Shown in pieces: positions 17,989-27,599 of a stretch of DNA of 64,000 nt. Under the pieces are notes generated by a model. The model saw only the letters and a list, made by a program, of their open reading frames with translations, searched no databases and had not been told where the DNA came from. Within the stretch, counting starts at the first letter, position 1. Every line of letters starts with the position of its first letter. Position numbers and translations under genes: made by a program. Source of the stretch: an uncultured Gammaproteobacteria bacterium (GTDB lineage: Bacteria > Pseudomonadota > Gammaproteobacteria > SZUA-229); the NCBI GenBank assembly GCA_937998645.1, contig CALLCZ010000032.1, forward strand, positions 5,593 to 69,592, in the 5' to 3' direction.

Positions 17989-18611
17989 CAGCCGCTGACC
18001 ATGAATATGCGCACCAGTTCACCCCAGTCCTGTAACGTCACGGTGAATTCTATTGCTGATAACGCCACAGTATTGCCATCCGACTGCCCGGTGGCGCTGA
18101 GCGGTGGCCATTCATCATGCCACTCATTATTAATATCGAGGAAGCGGATGCCTGCACTTTCGACCTCTTCCAGCAGCACGCTTTCGTAGGGCAGCATTTC
18201 CTGTGTGCGATCCAGTTGCGGCCAATGCAGGCGTGATAGTGTGTTTTCTTCCAGTTTATAGGCGACACGCTGCAAATGGCTGCGCAGCATTTCAGCCGGG
18301 TTACGCCTGCCGCCGCGAGTGAATTCGATGAAAATATCATCACCCTGACCCGTCAGAATATAATTGCTGGTGTTGCCGTACTCATCACGAATGCTGCGTT
18401 GTGACAGCTGGGTAAGGTCACGGGATATTTTCAGCATAGCGAGCTGCACCTGTTGCAGGCGTTGCATGGCTATTTCAGTCTGCTGACTGTTATCGATTAC
18501 ATTGCGCAAACCGCCGTAGGCCATCGCCGATAGTACGGCAAATATTGCAACGGCGACCAGCAACTCGAGCAGGGTAAAGCCATGCGGGTTTTGTCTAGCC
18601 AATGGTGTCAT
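17988..18611 (-). CDS. gspJ: Type II secretion minor pseudopilin J
   Basis: G|FTLLELLVAVAIFA, FTRGG..NP and RSHLQRVAY. Confidence 0.95.
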   Translation of the reverse strand: MTPLARQNPHGFTLLELLVAVAIFAVLSAMAYGGLRNVIDNSQQTEIAMQRLQQVQLAMLKISRDLTQLSQRSIRDEYGNTSNYILTGQGDDIFIEFTRGGRRNPAEMLRSHLQRVAYKLEENTLSRLHWPQLDRTQEMLPYESVLLEEVESAGIRFLDINNEWHDEWPPLSATGQSDGNTVALSAIEFTVTLQDWGELVRIFMVSG

Positions 18612-19072
18612 GGCTGTAAGGCTGTTGTTGCATCAGGCTTTGATAAATAGCCGACCAGCCGGGTCAGGCTGTACTCACGGTCTTCGTCGAGATATATTCT
18701 GTACTCGACCTGGCGTGAATCATCATCTTCTGTCTCATTCACGGTAAGCGTCCAGTACCATTCAGCACCGGCCATTGCTGTCGAGCCCCTGGTATCGCCT
18801 TTTCCCGGCCAGGCTTTTTCAACCTGCAGCCGGGTGATTTCATTCATCGCGACCCAGTGCGCAACGGTTTTCTGCTTTAAATAGCCCGCGCTGCTGGCAT
18901 GGCTGCCCGAGGTGCTGATGAGAGCGCCCAGGGCTAATGCAACAATAGTCAGCGCAACCAGTACTTCCAGCAGTGTGAAGCCTTTGCACCTGCGGGCTGT
19001 ATTAAAGGTCACTGATTTCCGCCTTGTGCTCGCCATTGGCTGTGCCTGAAACAATGTAGCTGGTTTCGACAC
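18608..19072 (-). CDS. gspI: Type II secretion minor pseudopilin I (true start probably downstream of 19072)
   Basis: KG|FTLLEVLVAL and KTVAHWVAMN. Confidence 0.93.
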   Translation of the reverse strand: MSKPATLFQAQPMASTRRKSVTFNTARRCKGFTLLEVLVALTIVALALGALISTSGSHASSAGYLKQKTVAHWVAMNEITRLQVEKAWPGKGDTRGSTAMAGAEWYWTLTVNETEDDDSRQVEYRIYLDEDREYSLTRLVGYLSKPDATTALQP

Positions 19073-19535
19073 CCGGCATCACCAGCCGCACACTGAAATC
19101 GGGTGTAATTTCACCGCTGGAGAGAATAAATACCTGTGGATCGGGTTTTTCTTCGTCTTTCTTGTCAGCGTCTGTGGAATCCTTTTCTACGAGTACCTCG
19201 ATCTGTTCAATTTCCAGTTCGAGCTCCATGTTTTGCGGAAGTTGCCGTTCTCGCAACAGGTCGTCGTTATCCAGTGGTTGCCATGTGTTTTCGAAATAAA
19301 GCACAAACCGGTAGCTGTCAGGTTTGAATTCCAGACCGTACTCCTGGCCTTTGAGTATCGCTTCTTCGAGCGCAAGCTGCAGTAACCGGTCCAGTCTTTG
19401 TGCCTCGGTTTGAATCAGTTCTTCGGGCGAGGTCCCGCGAATGGCCAGGGTGGTGAATGTGAACAGAATGGAGATGATGACAATGACGACCAGCAGCTCG
19501 AGCAGGCTGAATCCCTTGTCCCGTTTCCTGTACAT
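19002..19535 (-). CDS. gspH: Type II secretion minor pseudopilin H
   Basis: KG|FSLLELLVVIVII, EEAIL.GQEYGL and PQVFILSSGEITPDF. ATG 19535 preferred over the track start at 19628. Confidence 0.93.
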   Translation of the reverse strand: MYRKRDKGFSLLELLVVIVIISILFTFTTLAIRGTSPEELIQTEAQRLDRLLQLALEEAILKGQEYGLEFKPDSYRFVLYFENTWQPLDNDDLLRERQLPQNMELELEIEQIEVLVEKDSTDADKKDEEKPDPQVFILSSGEITPDFSVRLVMPGVETSYIVSGTANGEHKAEISDL

Positions 19536-19569
19536 GGAGTTTCGACCGGGTGAGCGGGTCGAACTGAAT

Positions 19570-20007
19570 TCAGTCTGTATCCCAGTTACCGATATCCGCA
19601 TTGATACCATCACCGCCCGGGGCGCCATCAGCGCCGAGTGAGTAGATGTCTATTTCACCTTGCTGGCCCGGGTTGAGATACATGTATTCATTGCACCAGG
19701 GGTCTTTTTGCAGACGCTTGATGTAGCCGCCCTGTTTCCAGTTGGGCGGTTCTGGCGTGATAGTTGGTTGAGTCACGAGTGATTCCAGGCCCTGATCGGT
19801 TGTCGGGTAGACGAAATTATCCAGGCGGTAAACATCCAGCGCGCTTTCCAGCGCGTTGATGTCGTGCTTGGCTTTGGATACGCGTGCCTTGTCAGGATTG
19901 TCCATGATCCTGGGGGCGATAACGCTGGCAAGAATGGCCAGGATAACGACCACAACCATGATTTCGATCAGTGTAAAACCCTTTTGATGCAGACTGATAT
20001 TTTTCAA
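19570..20007 (-). CDS. gspG: Type II secretion major pseudopilin G
   Basis: KG|FTLIEIMVVVVIL, YRLDN..YPTTDQGL, DPW and SLGADG..GGDG.NADIGNW. Confidence 0.97.
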   Translation of the reverse strand: MKNISLHQKGFTLIEIMVVVVILAILASVIAPRIMDNPDKARVSKAKHDINALESALDVYRLDNFVYPTTDQGLESLVTQPTITPEPPNWKQGGYIKRLQKDPWCNEYMYLNPGQQGEIDIYSLGADGAPGGDGINADIGNWDTD

Positions 20008-20100
20008 CGATACAGCTCCGGTGCTTTGCGAAACTGCAGGTATCGGGTAGAGTGACAGTTACGCGGGTACAAATAAAAACCTTGTGCGGGATAATAGCAA

Positions 20101-20733
20101 ATGCGCATACAAGTGCCTATTAAAAACAGGATATCAGCACAGTGGAACCATGTGTTGTGGCTGTTTGTGTTCGTTACCTGCTTCAGTCTGCAATCTGCAG
20201 GCCTGGTAAGCACCTTCCAGTTCGACAGGGCGCTGATTGACCAGGGGCATTACTGGCTGCTGCTGACTGGCCACATGGTGCATCTCAACTGGACGCACTG
20301 GGCACTCAATATGGCAGGTCTGGTCATTGTCGCGGTATTCTTCAGTCTCTATGGCAGCATACTCGACTGGTTGTTTGTTCTGCTGTTCAGTGCGATTGTG
20401 ATCGGCCTGGGGCTCTACTGGTTTCATCCCGAGCTGAGCTGGTATGTGGGTCTTTCCGGCGTATTGCACGGTCTGTTCATCTACGGGGCTATCCGCGAAA
20501 TACGTTTCTATCCTTTCAGCGGTTATATCCTGCTGCTGTTGCTCACAGGCAAGCTTTTCTGGGAATATATGAACGGCGCCTTGCCCGGTTCAGAACAGAT
20601 GACAGGCGGTCGTGTGCTGGTTGAGGCGCATCTGTACGGGGCGTTAGCAGGGCTGGCGGCGGTATTCCTGACCTGGAACCTGCACTTACTTCACAAGCTG
20701 ATTAAGGTCAAAAATCGGCAGCAAGATGCCTAG
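20101..20733 (+). CDS. Rhombosortase (rhomboid protease of the GlyGly-CTERM system)
   Basis: LLTGHMVHLNWTHWALN, YVGLSGVLHGLF (catalytic Ser) and V.VEAHLYG (catalytic His). Confidence 0.88.
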   Translation: MRIQVPIKNRISAQWNHVLWLFVFVTCFSLQSAGLVSTFQFDRALIDQGHYWLLLTGHMVHLNWTHWALNMAGLVIVAVFFSLYGSILDWLFVLLFSAIVIGLGLYWFHPELSWYVGLSGVLHGLFIYGAIREIRFYPFSGYILLLLLTGKLFWEYMNGALPGSEQMTGGRVLVEAHLYGALAGLAAVFLTWNLHLLHKLIKVKNRQQDA

Positions 20734-21918
20734 TACGATCATCAATACCAGTACCCCCATGGTCAGGATAATGGCTGGTTCGAAAATACCGACTATATAG
20801 GCGATCAGGGTGACCTGTTCGCGTTCCAGTTGTGTTGCTGCACGATCGAGCATTTCTTCCAGGTTGCCACTGTTTTCGCCACTGGCGATGAGTTGCAGGG
20901 TCATCGGTGGAAACAGTTTGCTCTGGTCCAGCGATTTCTTGATTCCCGAGCCTTCACGCACTCGTTCTGTCGCTACCATAATGGCATTGCGCATCGGCAG
21001 GTTGCCGACCACCTGGGCAGATATTCTCATCGACTCGATAACCGTTACACCACTGCCGGTAAGGATGCTGAAGGTGCGGGTGAACAGCGCGGTATTGAGA
21101 CCGCGCACCAGCCTTTGAATCAGCGGCAATCTGAGCAGCAGGCGGTGATAGCGTTCACGGTGCCGGGTCCTTCTCAGCATGGCACGTACGCCAATGATGA
21201 GAACGATGATCAGGACAAGTAAATAAACACCATATGCGATAACGAAATCACTGATGGCGATTAATGACAGCGTCAGGGCCGGCAGGTCCTGTCCGATGTC
21301 CTCGAACACGGACACGACCTGGGGCACGATATTGGTCATCAGGAAGATTACGATTGCGATGGCAAAAACCGTCAGAAATGCCGGATATATCAGTGCCTGC
21401 CGTACCTTGCCCTGTATTTCCTGCTGGTTCTCGGTGTAGTCGGCCAGTCTTTCGAGCACCGTATCCAGATGTCCGGATCTTTCACCGGCATCTACCGTAG
21501 CGCGATACAGGTCTGAAAATACCTTGGGGAATTCGCCGAGACCTGCTGCCAGAGTATGGCCTTCCATCACCTTGGCGCGGACAGCAATGATCATGCTTCG
21601 AATACGCTGTTTTTCCGTCTGGTTGGCAATGGCGGTCAATACTTCGTCGAGTGGTAATGTGGCCTGGACCAGGGTGGCCATCTGGCGGGTTATCAGCGCC
21701 AGTTCCGTCGTGCTGATGCCGCGTTGAAACATGCGGGATGATGACAACTGCCCTTTGCTGCTGCCAGCGCCTTGCTTCTGGTTCGCTGCATTGATTTGCA
21801 GCGGTATCAGGCCTTTATCGCGCAGGTTCTGACGCACCTGTCTTGCGGTGTCGCCCTCGGCTACACCCTTGCGCTCGCGGCCCTTTTCATCAAGAACGAC
21901 GTATTCGAATGCACCCAT
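20686..21918 (-). CDS. gspF: Type II secretion inner-membrane platform protein F
   Basis: TRQMATLV, V.AGERSGHLD.VLERLADY, YP and ASGE.SGNLEEML. Confidence 0.96.
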   Translation of the reverse strand: MGAFEYVVLDEKGRERKGVAEGDTARQVRQNLRDKGLIPLQINAANQKQGAGSSKGQLSSSRMFQRGISTTELALITRQMATLVQATLPLDEVLTAIANQTEKQRIRSMIIAVRAKVMEGHTLAAGLGEFPKVFSDLYRATVDAGERSGHLDTVLERLADYTENQQEIQGKVRQALIYPAFLTVFAIAIVIFLMTNIVPQVVSVFEDIGQDLPALTLSLIAISDFVIAYGVYLLVLIIVLIIGVRAMLRRTRHRERYHRLLLRLPLIQRLVRGLNTALFTRTFSILTGSGVTVIESMRISAQVVGNLPMRNAIMVATERVREGSGIKKSLDQSKLFPPMTLQLIASGENSGNLEEMLDRAATQLEREQVTLIAYIVGIFEPAIILTMGVLVLMIVLGILLPIFDLNQLVK

Positions 21919-21928
21919 CTTTAAAACA

Positions 21929-21958
21929 GGGGCGAGGGGCTAGGGACGAGGGACGAGG
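21929..21958. repeat. Degenerate heptamer tandem repeat (GGGRCKA x4)
   Basis: ggggcga-ggggcta-gggacga-gggacga-gg, between gspE and gspF. Confidence 0.75.
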
Positions 21959-22052
21959 AAAAACCGGGTATACGGTTCCGGTTTGGTTTGTCGAGTTGAT
22001 TCAGCTGCTTACTGTTAAGTTGCTGATGTTCTGGTGTACTTTTCATTACTCT

Positions 22053-23582
22053 TCAGTCTTCACGGCTGACGCGCAGCACTTCTTCGAGCGAGGTGGTGCC
22101 TTCGAGAATGAGCCGTCGGCCGTCCTGGCGCAGTGATGCTGCATAAGTGCGAGCATACTGTTCCATCGCATGTTCACCTTCACCGTCGTGGATCATGTCC
22201 TGCAACTTTTCGTCAACAGGTACGAATTCATACACACCGGTACGCCCCGTATAACCCAGGTGGTTACACTGGGCGCAGCTGGAGGCTGAATAGATCGTTG
22301 GCGTTTCTCCTGCCGGCAGGTTCAGCCATTCACGTTCGCTCTCGGTTGCGGTGTGCGGTTTTTTACACGCAGGGCACAGTTTGCGAACCAGTCGTTGCGC
22401 CATCACGCCAATCAGGCTTGATGCCAGCAGGAAGGGCTCGACACCCATATCGCGCAGACGCGTGATGGCGCCAATCGCGCTGTTGGTGTGCAGGGTGGAA
22501 AGCACCAGGTGCCCGGTGAGACTGGCCTGCACCGCGATCGTGGCCGTTTCCAGGTCGCGGATCTCACCGATCATGACGATGTCGGGGTCCTGGCGCAGGA
22601 TCGAGCGCAGTCCACGCGCAAAGCTCATGCCCACCTTGGCGTTGACCTGGGTCTGGCCGATGCCGTCGATGTAATATTCGATCGGATCTTCTACGGTGAG
22701 GATGTTGCGCGATTTTACATTGATGCGCGCCAGGCCTGCATACAGGGTTGTGGTCTTACCTGAGCCTGTCGGACCGGTGACCAGAATAATGCCGTCCGAT
22801 TTGTGCAACAGGGTATTGAATCGGGTTTGCACGTCTTTGGCCATGCCGAGGTTTTCCAGCGTGAGCCTGCCCGCCTGCTTGTCGAGCAAACGCAATACCA
22901 CGCGTTCGCCATGACCCGAGGGCAGGGTCGAAACACGTACGTCTACGGCACGACCGGCTACTCGCAGTGATATGCGACCATCCTGTGGCAGGCGCTTTTC
23001 GGCGATATCGAGTTTTGCCATGACCTTGATGCGGGAGATGATCAAGGGCGCAATGTTTCCGGGTGGTTGCAGGATCTCACGCAGCATGCCGTCAACACGA
23101 AAGCGAACGCGCATGCGGCTTTCGAATGGCTCTATATGAATATCGGAAGCATTGATCTTGATGGCTTCTGTCAGCATGGCGTTGATCAGGCGGATGATGG
23201 GGGCATCATCTTCAGCTTCCAGCAGATCTTCAGGCTCGAGTGTTTCCGCGAGCTGGTCGAGGTCGAGCTCTTCACCGACGCCTTCCATCATGGCGATGGC
23301 CTGGTCACTGCCACGTTCGTAGGTTTGTGCCAGCAGGGCGTCGAATTGCTCGTCAGTAGCCGGGCTCAACGACAGTTTGCGTCCGGTAACCCGGGTGATT
23401 TCTGCAAGGATGGCTGGACTGAAATTCGGGCGATGCAGCAGCTGCACCTGGTCATCTTCGATCTGGCCAATCAGTACGCCATGGCGTTTGGCAAAGGCGT
23501 AAGGTAAGGTCTGCGGTGTCAGTTCCTGCGGCTGGCCTGCTTCAGGCTGATCATCGACCGCCTCAGAAGAAATCTTCGTCAT
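22053..23582 (-). CDS. gspE: Type II secretion ATPase E
   Basis: ASDIHIEP, GPTGSGKTTTLY, EDPIE, LRQDPD.VMIGEIRD and a Cys4 motif. ATG 23582 preferred over 23648. Confidence 0.97.
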   Translation of the reverse strand: MTKISSEAVDDQPEAGQPQELTPQTLPYAFAKRHGVLIGQIEDDQVQLLHRPNFSPAILAEITRVTGRKLSLSPATDEQFDALLAQTYERGSDQAIAMMEGVGEELDLDQLAETLEPEDLLEAEDDAPIIRLINAMLTEAIKINASDIHIEPFESRMRVRFRVDGMLREILQPPGNIAPLIISRIKVMAKLDIAEKRLPQDGRISLRVAGRAVDVRVSTLPSGHGERVVLRLLDKQAGRLTLENLGMAKDVQTRFNTLLHKSDGIILVTGPTGSGKTTTLYAGLARINVKSRNILTVEDPIEYYIDGIGQTQVNAKVGMSFARGLRSILRQDPDIVMIGEIRDLETATIAVQASLTGHLVLSTLHTNSAIGAITRLRDMGVEPFLLASSLIGVMAQRLVRKLCPACKKPHTATESEREWLNLPAGETPTIYSASSCAQCNHLGYTGRTGVYEFVPVDEKLQDMIHDGEGEHAMEQYARTYAASLRQDGRRLILEGTTSLEEVLRVSRED

Positions 23583-25716
23583 CGTCCCAGTCCGAATCTT
23601 CAGCCTGCTGGCTGGAAGTTGCTGGCTCCTGTTCATCAGGGGCGGCATTATCGGCTTGATTTGCTTCTGGCTGTGCCGTCTGATCCGCGGTCTCCGACTC
23701 TAGCGGTGGCAGCACGGGTGCACCTTTGATCAGGCCGAAATCTTCATCTTCATCCCGCATCTGCTCGGCTCGCAGGTAATTGTATTTCTCGTTGGTGACA
23801 TAGGCCGAGTCGTCGAAATCACGCAGGATCTCGGGTTTGAGGAATACCATCAGGTTCTGTTTGCGCTTGGTGCTGGCTCTCGAGGTAAACAGCCAGCCAA
23901 GTACAGGAATATCGCCCAGCAGGGGTACCTTGCTCTGGGTATCGTCGACGATCTCCTCGATCAGGCCGCCGAGTACCAGGATGCCTCCATCATCGACCAG
24001 CACGCTGGTCTTGATAGAGCGTTTACGCGTTACCGGGCCGCTGTTTTCGGTGATGGTGACCACGTCCGAGACTTCCTGTTCGATATCCAGCTTGATGGTG
24101 TCACCCTCGTTGATCTGGGGCGTGACCCTGAGTGTGAGGCCAACGTCCTGGCGTTCGATGGTCTGGAACGGATTTTGCGGGTTTACTGTGCCGGCACCGG
24201 TAAACTGGCCGGTGATGAAGGGCAGGTTCTGTGCAACGATAATCTCGGCCTCTTCGTTGTCCAGGGTCACGATGCTGGGTGTAGACAGGATATTGGCTGC
24301 GGAGTCTGTCTGCAGGGCTTTCAGGATCAGGCCGTAGCGCACACCTGCACTGGTTTCTGCGCCAACGCCGAGGGTCAGGCCGGAACCGAGATTGCTCAAT
24401 ACATTGAGCGCTGCATCTTCGCTGCCCGCAGCAGCTGCAATGATGTCGCCCAGTCCGACCAGGTTGCTGATGCCGACGGGAAAGGTTGTTTCGCTGCTCT
24501 CAGTACCATCGACCACGGCGCCAACACCCACTTCCTTGTCCCGGTTGGTGGAAATTTCGGCAATGATAGCCTCGATGTGTACCTGGGCGCGGCGAATGTC
24601 GAGCTGGCGAATCACGGATTTCAGCGACAGCAGGGTATTGGGATCTGCTGTAATGATTAGCGCATTGGTCTCATCGTCAGCCTGGATAATGGTGTTATCA
24701 CCGATGAAGCTGGTACCGGACACCTGACGGGAGGCGGTCGTCGCTTTTGTCGTTCCACGCGCGCCAGTGGTGGTTTTTTTCGCTTGCTTTTCCTGCAGAC
24801 CGGTGAGGATCTCCATCATGTTCTCGGCCTTTGCATAGCGCAGGTAGATCACGTGGGTATTGCCACCGCCATCGTCCAGTGGTGTATCCAGCTGTATAAT
24901 CGTGGTGCGGATCTTGAGCCTGATGGCGCGCTCGCCGCTCATCAGAATGCTGTTGGTGCGCTCGTCAGCTGCCAGGTTGATCTGGTTTGCCTGGTCTTTT
25001 GCAGATTGCGGGTACAGTGAATTGACGATACGTACCAGCTCGGGCGCCGAGGCGTGCTGTAGCGGGATCACTTCCAGCTCGTCACTTTCGGCTTTATCGA
25101 CACCGGCGATGATGCGCATCAGGCGCTGAATGTTACCGGCATGATCGGTAATGATCAGGGTGTTGGTTGGATTGTAGGCCGCCAGGTGTCCCTGTTGCGG
25201 TACCAGCGGTCGCAGGATTGGCACCAGCTGGGCAGCCGGGACATGATCCAGGCTGATGACCTTGGTAATGAGTTCGTCGCCGCCTTCGCCTGCACGGCTG
25301 GCGCTCATCGGCAACGGGCCCTGTTTGGCATTGACCTCGGGTACGATCTTGATCACGCTGCCCGTGGGTACGGCGGCATAACCGTGAACCTGTAATATCG
25401 ACAGGAATACTTCGTAGACCTCTTCAGGGGTCAGGGTCTCGGATGAAATGACCGTAATCTTGGCCTTGACCCTGGGGTCTATGATGAAGTTCCTGCCGGT
25501 AAATTTCGATACCGTGCTGATCAGAGCCCGTATATCGGCATCCTTGAGATTGAGCGTGATCTCATCTGCTATCACCTGTGTACTGAACAGCAGGGCGGCG
25601 ATCACACCGATGGTGAACTTTCTTATTCCGTTAATGATGTATTGATTGTTCAAGGTCGAGTTTTTGTTTTGATTAAGTTTATTGTAGCTGAATGTTGAGC
25701 GGTACTTCATTTCCAT
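23563..25716 (-). CDS. gspD: Type II secretion secretin D
   Basis: LNLKDADIR, IDPRVK, LDIRRAQV.IEAII.E and KVPLLGDIP.LG.LF. Start may lie further downstream. Confidence 0.96.
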   Translation of the reverse strand: MEMKYRSTFSYNKLNQNKNSTLNNQYIINGIRKFTIGVIAALLFSTQVIADEITLNLKDADIRALISTVSKFTGRNFIIDPRVKAKITVISSETLTPEEVYEVFLSILQVHGYAAVPTGSVIKIVPEVNAKQGPLPMSASRAGEGGDELITKVISLDHVPAAQLVPILRPLVPQQGHLAAYNPTNTLIITDHAGNIQRLMRIIAGVDKAESDELEVIPLQHASAPELVRIVNSLYPQSAKDQANQINLAADERTNSILMSGERAIRLKIRTTIIQLDTPLDDGGGNTHVIYLRYAKAENMMEILTGLQEKQAKKTTTGARGTTKATTASRQVSGTSFIGDNTIIQADDETNALIITADPNTLLSLKSVIRQLDIRRAQVHIEAIIAEISTNRDKEVGVGAVVDGTESSETTFPVGISNLVGLGDIIAAAAGSEDAALNVLSNLGSGLTLGVGAETSAGVRYGLILKALQTDSAANILSTPSIVTLDNEEAEIIVAQNLPFITGQFTGAGTVNPQNPFQTIERQDVGLTLRVTPQINEGDTIKLDIEQEVSDVVTITENSGPVTRKRSIKTSVLVDDGGILVLGGLIEEIVDDTQSKVPLLGDIPVLGWLFTSRASTKRKQNLMVFLKPEILRDFDDSAYVTNEKYNYLRAEQMRDEDEDFGLIKGAPVLPPLESETADQTAQPEANQADNAAPDEQEPATSSQQAEDSDWDDDEDFF

Positions 25717-26560
25717 TTCTCATTACCGTGATCGAGACGCTGTTTGCTGTACTGAGCTGGCGCAGGGCGCCGATGCCGTTTTGAGGATTGTCCAGCTTGA
25801 TGCCATTGATCTCGGTGATCACATCGTTGGCTTCCAGCCCTACTTCCTGCATCAACTCATTGCCCTTTTGCTGTGGTTGCAGGCGATAACCAAGCTGCTT
25901 GCCGTTTTTTTTCACCACCACCGGCAGAGCATAATCACCGAAAGAGGTCGGGTTTTGAAGTATTTCCTGGCGAATGCTGACCAGTTGTTCACCCGGAGTG
26001 CCGGAGGCTGGAAAAGCGCTGCTATTACTTGATGACTGTATTGTGCCGACATCTTCATCTTTTACCAGTTGCAGGGTCTCCAGCTGTCCACCACGGTTAA
26101 GAATCACGTGGTCAGGGTGCACTTCCTCGATAGTAACGCCTCCCGGCATCTTGTCGCCGATGGCAAATACTTCTTCCTTGCCGTTCTTGCCGCGGGCAAT
26201 GATCGCATGCGATAGTGTCATTGGATCGGCTGCGATAACGCCACGCAATACCAGGTTCAGCCGTGTTTCAGGGGCCTTGGTTGGTCGGGAGGCCGCCGAG
26301 ACCTGCATTTCGCCAAACAGGTGGGCGCTGGCTACCTGTCTGATGGCCTGGTCCTGGTTGGTCCGGTTTACTACGGGTGTTCGGGTTGTGGCTCTCTGCT
26401 GCGTGGAGGTCTCGCCTTCAGGCAGAAACATCCAGCTGATTTTTGCCATGGCATGGGCACAGGCAATGACCAGCAACAGGCTTGTTATGGCGGGTAATCG
26501 CTGGTTAATCTGCTGCAGGTAAGCCGTGTTGGCAAATAGAGTTGTGAACGGGTTTGTCAT
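25679..26560 (-). CDS. gspC: Type II secretion protein C (HR + PDZ domains)
   Basis: TM, HLFG, APETRLNL.LRGV, GYRL and a PDZ domain (DVITEING). Confidence 0.93.
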   Translation of the reverse strand: MTNPFTTLFANTAYLQQINQRLPAITSLLLVIACAHAMAKISWMFLPEGETSTQQRATTRTPVVNRTNQDQAIRQVASAHLFGEMQVSAASRPTKAPETRLNLVLRGVIAADPMTLSHAIIARGKNGKEEVFAIGDKMPGGVTIEEVHPDHVILNRGGQLETLQLVKDEDVGTIQSSSNSSAFPASGTPGEQLVSIRQEILQNPTSFGDYALPVVVKKNGKQLGYRLQPQQKGNELMQEVGLEANDVITEINGIKLDNPQNGIGALRQLSTANSVSITVMRNGNEVPLNIQLQ

Positions 26561-26658
26561 CCAAGAGTGTATACAGCTGTTAACAGTGGGATAATAGCAG
26601 TCACGCTAAATGATTACATTAACAAATTACTAATATTTTCTTGTGCTTATCTGCTGAT

Positions 26659-26936
26659 CTACACGCCATTTCGACAGAACCGGTAAATCGCGATTTCGCC
26701 AAACAGGTTCGGAAACAGCCGCATCGGCAGCGTGCTCTTACTATGAGTATGATCGACAGCCGTTCGTTCCAGGATATCGATTCTTTTTAGTTTGCACAGG
26801 GCTTCAAAGTCGTTCACCGTGCACAGGTGGATGTTCGGCGTATCGAACCAGTGGTTGGGCAGGCTCCTGGTGACCGGCATGATGCCGCGAATTCCGGGTT
26901 TGAAGCCGGCCTTTCCAGTAAGCCATGTTGGGGAGG
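26659..26936 (-). pseudogene. metW: 5'-truncated, frameshifted metW (methionine biosynthesis protein) remnant
   Basis: LPNMAYWKGRLQ, a one-base frameshift near 26896-26900, then GIRGIMPVTRSLPNHWFDTPNIHLCTVNDFEALC...PNLFGEIAIY. The N-terminal methyltransferase-like half is absent. Confidence 0.85.
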
Positions 26937-26966
26937 TTGTTTGTTTTATTAAAACTAAACAGGTTT

Positions 26967-27004
26967 CTTTGCGCTCTTTGCGTCTTCGCGCCTCTGCGTT
27001 GAAA
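26967..27004 (-). repeat. Solo heptamer-array arm (CGCRRAG x4)
   Basis: ctttgcg-ct-ctttgcg-t-cttcgcg-c-ctctgcg-ttgaaa. Confidence 0.85.
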
Positions 27005-27045
27005 TAATCTTTTACCTGCCAGTATTCACTGCTGCAGCATTCGGG

Positions 27046-27597
27046 CTAGAGCATCTGGAACAGGTAGGAAACCAGGCGTTCAAGAAACATCAGTGCAATC
27101 AAGGCCACCAGTGGTGAAAGGTCAAGACCGCCGACCGGCTTTATCAGACGACGAAACGGTGTCAGTACCGGCCGGGTGATGTTGAATAAAATACCTGAAA
27201 CCGGGTTATATGGATCCGGGTTTATCCAGCTCAGAATAGCCTGCACAATAATGGCAAAGATAAAGATGTTGAGCGCCAGCGTGATGAAGTCCCTGATTCC
27301 GGTAAGCAGCAGAGCGAGTACAGATGGCGAATACCCCGATAGCAGTGCAATAATAAAGATTTTGATGGCGATGAAAGCAATTACGACAATAATCGTTGCC
27401 AGGTCAATTCCGCCGACTCCCGGTATAATTTTTCTTGCAGGGTTCAGTACCGGCGCCGTTGCCTTTACAATGAATTGCGAAATCGGGTTATAAAAATCGG
27501 CGCGCACCTGCTGCAATATAAATCTCAGCATCAAAACGATAATGTAAAGATCGAACAGTGTTTCGATTAAAAAAATTAGCGGGTTTTCTGATCTCAT
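27046..27597 (-). CDS. yggT: YggT family membrane protein
   Basis: LRFILQ.VRADFYNPISQF, A.LSWINP and GGLDLSPL. Confidence 0.95.
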   Translation of the reverse strand: MRSENPLIFLIETLFDLYIIVLMLRFILQQVRADFYNPISQFIVKATAPVLNPARKIIPGVGGIDLATIIVVIAFIAIKIFIIALLSGYSPSVLALLLTGIRDFITLALNIFIFAIIVQAILSWINPDPYNPVSGILFNITRPVLTPFRRLIKPVGGLDLSPLVALIALMFLERLVSYLFQML

Positions 27598-27599
27598 TG

